A DNA stretch of 63,316 nt, counting the filler, from Saprolegnia diclina VS20 (lineage: Eukaryota): NCBI RefSeq assembly GCF_000281045.1. It is 15 parts of 6 records of this genome, joined end to end, with 100 filler letters (N's around TTAATTAATTAA, not from the genome) between each part and the next. Parts side by side here need not be neighbours in the genome. Positions count along the whole stretch, not along the records: positions 33,792 to 52,333 come from NW_008246241.1; positions 52,434 to 55,844 come from NW_008246241.1; positions 55,945 to 58,386 come from NW_008246242.1; positions 58,487 to 60,471 come from NW_008246242.1; positions 60,572 to 62,007 come from NW_008246242.1; 10 more parts are not named here. One strand, given 5' to 3'. Below are positions 50,715-60,706 of the stretch, piece after piece. The notes beneath the pieces are model-generated. The model did not search any database and was not told the DNA's origin. It saw only the letters and a program-made list of their open reading frames with translations. Positions within the stretch are counted from its first letter, which is position 1. Each line of letters starts with the position of its first letter. A program made the position numbers and the translations under genes.

Positions 50715-51773
50715 ATGGACGCCACGAGGACCATGCTGGACGTGGAGCTGCGCATTGGCGACGACGCCCAAGAGACGCAGGTCGACGTGCTCACATACGA
50801 AGAGTGGGGCGCACCGCACCTCACGTACGACGAGTACCTCGACCGCGAAGACCAGTTTCGCGCGACGCCGTTTGCGGATGACGCTGTGACCGACTACGTC
50901 TTGGTGCCGACGTCGGACCCGAGCACGCTCGACCTGCGTGGGTATCTCGAGGTCTTTAAGCGACCGGTTGTGCTTCGCCCATGGAGCCCCTCGGCCGATC
51001 TCGTCTACCTCGATGGCTGGAGCGTCGCGTCCGTGTACACGCCGGCGCGTCACCGCAAGAAGGGCTATGCATCGGCCATGCTTGCTGCGTTCCTTGACCA
51101 AAAGAAAGACGCGTACACAGTGGTCAATCTCTACTCGGACATTGGCACGAGCTTCTACGCGGCGCGAGGCTGGGTGCTTGCGCCATCGTTGGAGATCTCG
51201 CTGCCCGCCACGATGTCAGCACCCACGCGCTTGCCTGTTGGCTGGACACTACGGCCGCTGGCCACACCCGCCGACCTCGAAGCCATTGCTACGCACGACC
51301 AGGAGCGTGTAGCCGGCCGGCTACAGCCGGGCGAGCTTGCTTTTCTGCTCTCGGCGGACGCGATTACCTTCTTTCACGTGCAGCACGCGTACTTTGCCCG
51401 CGAGCACTTGACGCTATCGAGGCTGCCGACGACGTTTGGTGTCGTGCTGCAAGACGACAAGTCCATCCTCGGGTACGTCGTTTGGGCCCACAACTTTGAA
51501 GAGAACCAGCTCGACATCCTCAAGTACGACGGGTCGACACCCGAGGTGTTTGCTGCGTGCCTTCCCACGCTGCACGAGGAAGCCGCGCGCTGGAATCTGG
51601 AAAACATTGTCCTTTGGCCCACAGACAAGATGGCCCTGCCGAACGACGTGCGTGCGCTGGCGACGCCCCGAAGCGACTCGCTCTCGATGGTGCTCGTACG
51701 TACCTCGAAGGACAGCGAACGCGAGCTGCCGCCGTATACGTGGGTTGCCAACGAAAAGTACTTGTATGCCTAA
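50715..51773 (+). CDS. GNAT acetyltransferase, LYC1-like lysine acetyltransferase type
   Basis: WG..LTYDEYLDRE, VASVYTPARHRKKGYAS (acetyl-CoA motif A) and LYSDIGTSFYAARGW; intronless, 352 aa. Confidence 0.8.
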   Translation: MDATRTMLDVELRIGDDAQETQVDVLTYEEWGAPHLTYDEYLDREDQFRATPFADDAVTDYVLVPTSDPSTLDLRGYLEVFKRPVVLRPWSPSADLVYLDGWSVASVYTPARHRKKGYASAMLAAFLDQKKDAYTVVNLYSDIGTSFYAARGWVLAPSLEISLPATMSAPTRLPVGWTLRPLATPADLEAIATHDQERVAGRLQPGELAFLLSADAITFFHVQHAYFAREHLTLSRLPTTFGVVLQDDKSILGYVVWAHNFEENQLDILKYDGSTPEVFAACLPTLHEEAARWNLENIVLWPTDKMALPNDVRALATPRSDSLSMVLVRTSKDSERELPPYTWVANEKYLYA

Positions 51774-52476
51774 GCGGTCATACTAGCTCTTCTTTAACGC
51801 GACGTGAACACGGTTTGAAGCCGGCAAGTATGTCGGTGGACCTTCACCTGATAAACTCTGAGAAGCTCATGTGAAGTTCCCATTCTATGGAAGGACAGGG
51901 GGTACTATGATAAATATTGGCACCTTAATATGGCGCCTCGGCCTCTTGTCCTGGTCGCTCGATTTTCAGCCAATGAAAAAAATACTTTGAAACAGCCAAT
52001 CCATGTGAGCTAAATCTGAATTTCTACCAATAACATGCGTCAGAGCTTGTGTGATCCGACAGCCGCTGACCTGGAGGAAATCTCAAACTGGCCAATCAGC
52101 GATGGGAAACGCCATCTGTTGGTCTCCAGCCGAGAGCCGCACCTCACTGTCTCGGAGTCGCTGTAAGTTACTCTGCACAGCATCTGGCGATTTCAAAAGC
52201 CGCTGGCCCAAAGTTACTCTGAATCGACCCTAAGTAGTCATTTATAAGGGGAAAACGAGTTGCCAAGCTCGTACGTGCAGGCATAAAAGACAGGAGGCAA
52301 CGGTTGGTAAATGCAAAGAAATATTCAAAAATGNNNNNNNNNNNNNNNNNNNNNNNNNNNNNNNNNNNNNNNNNNNNTTAATTAATTAANNNNNNNNNNN
52401 NNNNNNNNNNNNNNNNNNNNNNNNNNNNNNNNNATGCATAAAACCGTAACTTCGAAGTTCGATTGCTCAGACTGCC

Positions 52477-54072
52477 ATGGCCGCAGACCTGTCGCCGGAC
52501 CTCGTCCAGCTCATCGTGATGTACATGGCCGACGAGGCCGACGTTGCATCATTGCTCTTGGTGCTGCCGCCTGCGCTGCTCTCGGCGCCGCTTGCTGCGC
52601 TTCGCACCCTCTTCCGCGCGCTCTTTGATGGCGAGTTGGTTGGCGCGACGCGCCACCGGTCGATGCATTTGTCGCTCTGGCCGCCCCTCGTCCTTCCCTA
52701 TCCGCCTGCCATCAACAAACCGATCTTGATTGACGCTCTCCAAGCGGCCAGCAGCTTGTATGCGTCGCTGACCACTCGCAGCAGCAGCCGCGTGCGCTGG
52801 GACCTACCTCCGCACCTCACGATCGAGCTGCCGTGTCGCCTGGCCCAAGCACGACATGTCTTTTCGCGCATTGCGCTCTGGGACACCCGCCTCTCGCTTC
52901 TGAGCATCCAAATTTCGGCTCTTCGAGGCGACTGGGCGCGCTCGGACGTGGAGAAATTAGCACTCGTGCTGCCGACGCTTCCCCGCTTGCGCTCGCTGCA
53001 CCTTTGCTGCGCAGGCCACAACTACACATTCGAGATTGGTTTTGTCCTGAAAGCGCTCTTTACGTCGCGCAGCCTTACACAGCTGTCGCTCACGACAAAT
53101 GTGTGGAGCGAGGATATCGGATGCGTCTTTGCCAAGTGGCTGACCCATGTCCCCGTTTCGAGTCTCAAGTTGCGCGGCCCTTTTCCAATGAAAAGCCAAG
53201 TGCATGCTGTGGTACACGCGATTCGAGCATGTCGCACGCTGCAGTCACTGGCGCTCGAGGACGCCGCGCTGGCTCGGGCATTTGTGGCCGCCCCGCTCCC
53301 CGCGCACCTCTGTGAGCTTGACCTTCGCATCGATCGGCCGACGACAGTCGACGAGACAACCCGTGCCGCAGCGTACCATCCCCATCTAGAGGCACTTCGA
53401 GTCCGTCTCAGCCGCGCGAGCCTGCCCCCAGACAATTTACCACTGGTGCTGAGTCTGCCAACGCTGCGACGGCTACGCCGACTGGATCTTATCCACTTGG
53501 AGCTAGTCACGATGACGCGAGATGCACTGTGGACAGTACTGCCGCGCTTAACCGAGCTGCGGCTCGAGAAGAGTCACCTTGGTGACAGTGGTGTCGCTGA
53601 AATCACTGCCGTGCTTCCTACGTGCTATCGCTTGCATCGGCTTGCACTTGTCGACCAAGGCATCTCGGACACTGGGGCTCTTGCCATTGCCCGCAGCCTG
53701 GTGCTGTGCCCGTCGCTCACCGACGTGGACTTGACGGACAATGCGATTGCGAGTGACGGCGCGATAGCGTTTTGGCCGCTCTTGCCAAACCTGATTGTGC
53801 TCCGTCTACGCCGCAACCGCATCGGCGAAGACGCAGCGATGGCGCTGAGCGACGTGTTGCGCCTCACAGCACACATGCGGTGCTTGGACATGAGCGACAA
53901 CAACATCGGACTGCCGGCGGTGCGTGCGATGATTACAGCGCTACACGACGGCTCGTATCGCGCTGGTGTTGTCAACGTGTCTGTGACGCCGAGCGACTAT
54001 GAAGCTTTATGCAGCTTCGCCTTGGGCTGCTTGCGAGACCCGCATAGGGTCGATATCACCCGTCTGTACTAA
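52477..54072 (+). CDS. RNI-like leucine-rich repeat protein with F-box-like N-terminus
   Basis: LSPDLVQLIVMYM start; LRRs LTELRLEKSHLGDSG, LTDVDLTDNAIASDG, LRLRRNRIGEDA and LDMSDNNIG. Confidence 0.85.
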   Translation: MAADLSPDLVQLIVMYMADEADVASLLLVLPPALLSAPLAALRTLFRALFDGELVGATRHRSMHLSLWPPLVLPYPPAINKPILIDALQAASSLYASLTTRSSSRVRWDLPPHLTIELPCRLAQARHVFSRIALWDTRLSLLSIQISALRGDWARSDVEKLALVLPTLPRLRSLHLCCAGHNYTFEIGFVLKALFTSRSLTQLSLTTNVWSEDIGCVFAKWLTHVPVSSLKLRGPFPMKSQVHAVVHAIRACRTLQSLALEDAALARAFVAAPLPAHLCELDLRIDRPTTVDETTRAAAYHPHLEALRVRLSRASLPPDNLPLVLSLPTLRRLRRLDLIHLELVTMTRDALWTVLPRLTELRLEKSHLGDSGVAEITAVLPTCYRLHRLALVDQGISDTGALAIARSLVLCPSLTDVDLTDNAIASDGAIAFWPLLPNLIVLRLRRNRIGEDAAMALSDVLRLTAHMRCLDMSDNNIGLPAVRAMITALHDGSYRAGVVNVSVTPSDYEALCSFALGCLRDPHRVDITRLY

Positions 54073-55000
54073 TCTACTGCCATTGGATGACCATTCGATC
54101 GATCGTCTGTCTTTTGCTGCTAGCCGTCGCTGATCGTTGATAGTCCACAACGAAATCTGACGTTACTACGGGCGACATGGCCTATTCCTCTTTCTCGGGT
54201 CGAGAAAAGGGATTCAGATGACGAATCATCTGTCCCTGAAGGCTTTCTGTTGCTAGGCCAAGCGACTACAACGACGCTACTCGAAGCGCTGTTACTGCAA
54301 GCAGCCATTGCAAACATGCATTTCCTATTAACACGACGATATGCTCTGCGTATCTTTTGCGTATAGTTTCAAGTCTCGTCAATCAACTCATGTTTCCCTA
54401 TTCCTCATCTCGACCACCTCGCTTATGCTTGCCCTGTGCGCACAGCATAGCAAGCATCAACAAGTGTGCCTTTGCCTCCTCTTGCACGCAATCGTCAGCT
54501 TATGGCGTCGGATTGCACTGCCGATAGTGAAGAGTGCATGCTTCTCTACCTTGTTGATATACCTCGTTGACTTGTTGCTGGTGACTTGCCCTAGTCGAGC
54601 TCGTCCCGGTGAGCATTTTCAACGATGGGCGCCTCTTGCTCAATGATCCTCTCACTCGTCCGCTCATCGACAATTCCTTTTTCACTATGGCGCTTGGTCA
54701 ACAGCTTCGCGATACTCGTATCATACATGCATCATAAGCGACAAACAAGAGAATGCTAGAATCGCCTTGGCACTGGTCTCTCACGACGTGCCACGTCATA
54801 TGTCCGAATGTTGATCTCGCATCGACTGTCATTCCGCAATCTGCCGTGCGCTGATTGGCTACATCCACCCGACACTGCCATTCCGCAACCAGCGCCATGC
54901 TNNNNNNNNNNNNNNNNNNNNNNNNNNNNNNNNNNNNNNNNNNNNNNNNNNNNNNNNNNNNNNNNNNNNNNNNNNNNNNNNNNNNNNNNNNNNNNNNNNN

Positions 55001-55844
55001 NATCGCATTGTCCGTCAAGTCCACGTCGGTGAGCGACGGGCACAGCACCAGGCTGCGGGCAAGGACGTGAGCTCCCGTGTCCGAGATGCCTTGTCGGATG
55101 AGTGCAAGCCGATGCAAGCGGTGGCATGCAGGAAGCACAGCGGCCAGCTCGGCAACGCCATCGTCGCCAAGTCGACTGCTCTCGAGCCGTAGCTCGGTCA
55201 AGCGCGGCAGCACCGCCCACAGAGCATCTCGCATCATCGGGAGTAGCTCCAAGTTGGCAAAATCCAGTCGGCGTAGCTGCCGCAGCGTCGGCAGACACTG
55301 CGCCAATGTCGCATTGTCCAGTGGATGGATAGAAAGGCTGAGGCGGACGCCAAGTGCCTCGAGATGGGGATGGAACGCGACAGCACGGGCTATCTCGTCG
55401 ATTGTTTCGTCGGCCATCGCCGGCAAATCGATGCCAAGGGTGAGCTCGATGATGTGCGCGGGGACTGGGGTGGCCACAAAGGCCCGAGCCAGCGCGGCGT
55501 TGTCAAGCGTTAGCGACCGAAGCGTGCGACACGATCGAATCGAATCCACCGCAGCTTGATTTTTCATTCGGCCGTGCAGCGCGAGACTTGCAACAGGCAC
55601 ATTGGTCAGCCAGTCGACAAAGGCGCGACCAATGGCGTCGCTCCACACCCTCGTGGTGAGCGAGAGGTGCGTAAGGCTGCGCGACGAAAAGACGCCTTGG
55701 AGGAGCGAGTCGAGCTCGAACCGGTAGTACGCGTCTCCAAAGCTAAGGTCCAGCGAACGCAAGCACGGAAGCGTCGGCAGCACCACTGCCAATTTCTCGA
55801 TGTTCGAAAGCGACCAATAGCATGGGAGAGTCGACACCTCAATG
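55001..55844 (-). CDS. RNI-like LRR paralog, partial and inverted relative to 52477-54072
   Basis: Shares EKLAxVLPTLP, LPRLTELRLE and ARSLVLCPSLTDVDLTDNA; both ends lie in gaps. Confidence 0.85.
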
Positions 55845-55944
55845 NNNNNNNNNNNNNNNNNNNNNNNNNNNNNNNNNNNNNNNNNNNNTTAATTAATTAA
55901 NNNNNNNNNNNNNNNNNNNNNNNNNNNNNNNNNNNNNNNNNNNN

Positions 55945-57489
55945 CGCCGGTGCCGATGTCACGCCGAGTAGCGGGACCGTGTGTGCCGACTGCAGCTTTG
56001 CCATGCGCTGGACAGCGCCTTTGAATTGACCCTGCGAGAACGATGTGAACGCTTTGACGATGACGGAGGTGCCATTGTACGACGACTGGAAGACGCGGCT
56101 CGTCTGGCTCGACGTGACGAGGATACGATCGAGAAGGTCCGAGTCGGGAAGCTGCGGCAGAGCCAAGTGCGCCTCGAGTTGTTGCACGACCTCGGCCGCA
56201 GTAGGACGCTGGCTCGGGTCGGCGCTCATGCAAGCCGTCGCGAGTTCGACAAGCCACGTGGGACAATCCGGGCCCATCGAGGGGCGGTAGCCATGGCGAG
56301 CAATCTGGTGGTGAAGCTCATACCCGCTGAATGTGTGACCGGCGTACGGCCGCACTTTGCGCGAGCTGATCTGCGTCAAGATGATGCCCAGCGCAAAGAT
56401 GTCGGCGGCGACCGTGTAGCGGAGGCCAAGCATGACTTCTGGCGCAACCCAGGTCGGCGTCCCGATGCCATTGGTCATCGTCTTGTCGAGGTCTTGCTCT
56501 CGCGAGATACCCATGTCGCCGAGCTTGGCAATGATTGTGTACTCGTCGAGGAAGATGTTGGCGGGCTTGACATCGCGGTCGATGATACCTTTTCCATGAA
56601 GGTACACGAGACACTTGGCGACCTGTAGCGCGATGCGGACCAAACGCTCGACGTTGCGAGGCGTCGGGCGCTCTTCGCTGAGGCGCTGGAGATGCGCTTC
56701 GAGATTGCCGCCGTCCATGAGCTCCATAATGATGCACGGCTGGTCATCTTTGTCGTTGGAGATGCCAATGAGCTTGGGCATGAAGGGCGAGTTGAGGCGG
56801 TGCATAATGTTAACCTCCTTCTTGAACGCCTCCTGGTAGTTGCCCTTCTTGTGGAACGTCTTGACGGCCACTGTAGCGTTGCCGAGCTTGGAGATGCATA
56901 CATGGCCAAACGCGCCTTTCCCAATCGGTTCGGCAGTCAGATCGAGCATCGACGCATCGTAGCGTGTGATCGAGTCGGGAATGTCCAAGGATGGTGTTGC
57001 GTCGAGTGCTGCCTCCGGCTCTGGGCTCTGCGGCGACGGCTCCGCCGACCGCTCGGTTGTCGACGCAGTGGTCTGCACGGATGTCGCCACGGACAGCGCA
57101 CACATTTGCTGTACTGGGACTGACGCATTGGCAGAGCTGCTATCGTCGATGTAGACGAAAAGGTCGCCAGTTCGAATGTCGGAACGAAAGATTGGCTCGA
57201 CTTGCTCCCAGTGCATGCCGTTTTGCGGCACCGGAATCGTGCAGCTGCCAATGAAGACGTCTTCCGCGTCTTTTTCAAAGACTTGGAGCTCGACCGTCGA
57301 TTCGTGCGTGGCATTGACGCCTTTGGCCGTCCGTAGCTCGACGTTCCACCATACCTTTTCACTCTCGTAGTAGGACACCGCCGACTTGGTACTGCAGCCG
57401 GCGTGGCGAATCGTAACGTACACACGCGAGACCTCCCCGTTCTCATAGCGTTGGAGGTTCTGACAGAAGGGCACGCGAACAGTCACCAT
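55945..57489 (-). CDS. C2 domain - TKL kinase - second kinase-like domain (tandem kinase), 3' truncated
   Basis: C2-like beta strands (VTVRV...VYVTI...VWWN...VELQVFEKD..DVFIG...GDLFVYI). Kinase motifs IGKGAFG, VAVK, DRDVKPAN, DMG and GTPTWVAPE. Then a second N-lobe, YNGTSVIVK...HTVPLLGV. Confidence 0.85.
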
Positions 57490-57513
57490 CTTGCGCTTGG
57501 CGAGGCGAAGCAA

Positions 57514-57529
57514 AATTGAAAAATGAGTT
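57514..57529 (-). promoter_or_regulatory. Oomycete Inr-FPR core promoter
   Basis: Minus strand ctcatttttcaatttt lies ~25-40 bp upstream of ATG 57489 and matches the YCATTYYNCAWTT-type consensus. Confidence 0.65.
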
Positions 57530-57667
57530 CAATGCTGGTGGCTCGGATCGCGAACTTGAGTGTACTACGTTGCGCGCTCTGGTTCACACTACAGTGTACG
57601 ATGGTTGATAAAACCGTGCTGGATACAAAGCCTACTATACGTGCTCCTTGATATTGGCTGATATGGC

Positions 57668-57965
57668 TTGAAGTTGCTGAAGCGCCTGCACGATGGGCCG
57701 ATTAAGAACCACTAAGAACTGGATGACGGTTTCATGACGTGGCAGCGTGCTAGCTCCTATTATCCGGATACGGCTGAAAACACGCCACCAGGTTGCCACG
57801 TGTTGTCATATCTGTGTGGACGCACGAGCTGGAAGCACAGTATTCCATGCACCAGCATGGGCGCTCGCGTGCGGACATTGGATAGCGAGCACGCTGCCAT
57901 GCCATCGTCCACTTCTTAGTGGTTCTTAGTCGGCCCATCATACAGGCGCGCTTCAAGGTATTCAA
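57668..57965. mobile_element. MITE-like element with ~90-bp imperfect inverted arms
   Basis: tgaagcgcctgcacgatgggccgattaagaaccactaagaactgga...ggcagcgtgct is inverted to agcacgctgcc...tccacttcttagtggttcttagtcggcccatcatacaggcgcgcttca. Confidence 0.65.
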
Positions 57966-58276
57966 AGAACATCAATTCATTCCAAGAAGGACGCGCGAGT
58001 GTGGTACGTTTTATTTCCCAAGATTTTATCAACTAGAGTACACTGTTGTGTGAACCAGACCGCGCAAAGTAGTACACAAGTCCAATTACAGTGTATATTA
58101 GAGTTACCAGCGGGAACGGAGCCGCGGGGAAAGAGAAAAGCTCGGCGTATCCCCGTATCCAACGTAGAGTTTATTCCTGGACTCACTGCAGCATTATCTA
58201 CGGGCCTATGGCGCCATTTTGCCATGAACAATTGCTCTTTTTTGTAGATGTATCGATCCAAAAACTATGGGACGCA

Positions 58277-58386
58277 CTACGCATTCGCACGCAAACAAGC
58301 CACCACCGTGGCGGCTGTCGGACGAGTAGATGCGTCTTGGGCCATGCACTCGAGCGCCAGCTGCTTGTACCACGGCGGGCACGACG
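58277..58386 (-). CDS. C-terminal end of a kinase of the same family
   Basis: SCPPWYKQLALECMAQDASTRPTAATVVACLRANA* (subdomain XI); probably the end of the gene starting at 58737. Confidence 0.75.
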
Positions 58387-58486
58387 NNNNNNNNNNNNNN
58401 NNNNNNNNNNNNNNNNNNNNNNNNNNNNNNTTAATTAATTAANNNNNNNNNNNNNNNNNNNNNNNNNNNNNNNNNNNNNNNNNNNN

Positions 58487-58737
58487 CCGATAAAGACGGC
58501 GCTGGACCCTTGCGCTTGCTCGTCGTGGACGCAGAGCTTGATCATGGGGTGATGCGAAACGTCGACGTCGTTGGCGCTTAGCTCGACGTTCCACCATACT
58601 TGGTCGTTTTCGAACCCAAAGACAGTCGACTTGGTCGCATGGCCGGCGTAGTTGATGGTGATGCAAGGGTGCGTGATGGAGCGCTGGGCATCGGGGCGTC
58701 GAAGGCCCTTGCCCATGGGCACTCGAATCATTATCAT
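58487..58737 (-). CDS. N-terminal C2 domain of a C2-kinase paralog
   Basis: MIMIRVP...ITINYAGHATKS...QVWWNVEL...IKLCVHDE...FI aligns with the N-terminus of 57489. Confidence 0.75.
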
Positions 58738-58837
58738 GCTTGATCGAAAGACTGCAAATTGAAATCTGAATCGGATTGACGTCGCACCAAACGTGCGAGT
58801 CGGTGACGACAACATAACACCTGAAATAGATTGAATT

Positions 58838-59234
58838 TGATAATATCAAGGTCCTAAACATCCGGATATTTAAGACCTTGATAGTATCACGTAACGTGCA
58901 AGTATCGGTACGGATAAGACTAGAGTTCATGTTTGAACGCATTCCGATAGAAAAGATCAACAACGTGGTGTGTGTGTTTGCGTGGCACTTAGTCGTAGAA
59001 ATAAGAATGAAGACATTCGCTACAAGGCCTGGCATGTTGTCAGATCAGAATAGTATATTATTATAGTACCGCATAAGTCTCTAGAATGACCAACAAATAC
59101 TAAAGTAATAGCACCAGCCTGCAGCTGGCGACGTTTATCATGTTTCCCGGTTGCTCCCTAGAGACTGTCTCTGGCCAGTGGTCTCTGGCGTCAAACTTGA
59201 TGAGGCTTGATAGTGTCTCAGAGACAATATCAAG
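58838..59234. promoter_or_regulatory. Two near-perfect palindromes in a divergent promoter (58838-58889; 59206-59234)
   Basis: tgataatatcaaggtcctaaaca-tccgga-tatttaagaccttgatagtatca (3 mismatches) and cttgatagtgtctc-a-gagacaatatcaag (1 mismatch). Confidence 0.7.
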
Positions 59235-59295
59235 TTGACAATCAGCAACAAATGGACGCAGAACGCTGGAATCTCACTTTTCATTTTACTTTACG

Positions 59296-60471
59296 ATGCG
59301 CGTATCTATCCGAGTCCACCAGGCGCGCAATCTTTGGAGAGACCAGGTGGGAAAAGTGGTCCAGCGCGCCTTTGTGGTCCTCAGCTACGCAAACGAGACA
59401 GTGCGGTCAAAGCACGCGCGCTACGTGCACAACAAAGTTGCCTGGGCCTTGAGTACCTCCATGACGTGCATAAAATTGTCCACCGCGATCTCAAACCAAA
59501 GAACGTCCTCCTCAGCGCAGACAAATTGGTGGTCAAAATTGGCGACTTTGGTATTTCCCGCCAAGAAAACGTCCACTCGATGACCAGCGGTGTCGGCACG
59601 GACTTTTGGATGGCCCCTGAAGTGATCCGCAGCAGAAATTACGGGATCGCGGCCGATATCTTTGCACTTGGCGTCATCTTGACGCAGCTCTACACGCTGC
59701 AGGAAAACCCCTATGCCGGTTCCGTGGGGTTGATCCCCCACAATGTCGCTCATCACGGCCTCCGCCCTTGGATGCCGTCGACGTGCCCCGGGTGGTACCG
59801 GGATCTTGCGTCTGCTTGCATGCACGCTGATCCGAGCCAGCGCCCGACCGCCGCACAAGTTGTAGGCATGCTTAAAGCGCATTTGCAGCCGCCTCTGCCT
59901 CTCATTGCTGCCTCTGATCTCTCGGGGGGCTGCTGGTGGCCTCAAGCACAACCGGTATCGTTCAACGCGCGACGTACAAGGGGGATTCCGTCATTCTGAA
60001 GGTGTATTCGAGTTTGTCGCCGACTAAATTCAACGACGCAGTTCAGCGCATGGCAAAGCTGCAGTCGGCACACACGGTCCCGCTACTCGGCGTGACATCG
60101 GCACCCGCGCTTGTCATGGCTGAGATGCAACACAACCTCCGCACGTGGCTCCGACAAGACGGCCTTACGTTTGACGAAGCTCTCAAGGTCGCCATGAAAA
60201 TTGCGGAAGCACTCGCCTATCTGCATGCTGCCGACGTCGTCCACGGACACCTCGTCCCAACCAACGTCCTCGTTGATGCCAACAACAACGCGGTGCTCAG
60301 CGACTTTGGCTTCGAGCGACAAGACGACATCTCAACAACCAACGGCAATACCTCGACGTACTGGATGGCTCCCGAGGTGATCTGCGGCCAACGTACGTCG
60401 AAGGAATCGGAAGTTTACGCTCTCGGCGTCCTTTTGACGCAGCTTGAGACCCGTCAAGAGCCTTACAGCGG
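59296..60471 (+). pseudogene. C2-kinase-pseudokinase paralog with internal deletion and frameshifts
   Basis: C2 start MRVSIRVHQARNL...KVAW is joined out of frame to GLEYLH...HRDLKPKN...DFG...APE. A frameshift near the G6 run at ~59924 precedes a second domain with HGHLVPTN/DFG/APE. Confidence 0.75.
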
Positions 60472-60706
60472 NNNNNNNNNNNNNNNNNNNNNNNNNNNNN
60501 NNNNNNNNNNNNNNNTTAATTAATTAANNNNNNNNNNNNNNNNNNNNNNNNNNNNNNNNNNNNNNNNNNNNTGCGTAGTATGATTGGACAGCTCGCAACA
60601 ATTCATTGATGCGTTTTGACAGGCCGGCGCCATGTCGCTCGGTGATGTGCATTGACCGGCCGCTCTTGCTATAAAACGCCATGTACGGCCCCGGTGGTCA
60701 CGCAGT

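Larger units (their letters stand above)
40836..52333 (+). repeat. 102-bp direct repeat of U6-upstream DNA (40836-40937 / 52232-52333)
   Basis: aagtag(c/t)catttataaggggaaaacgag...aaatattcaaaaatg with one mismatch; the second copy runs into the contig end. Confidence 0.9.
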
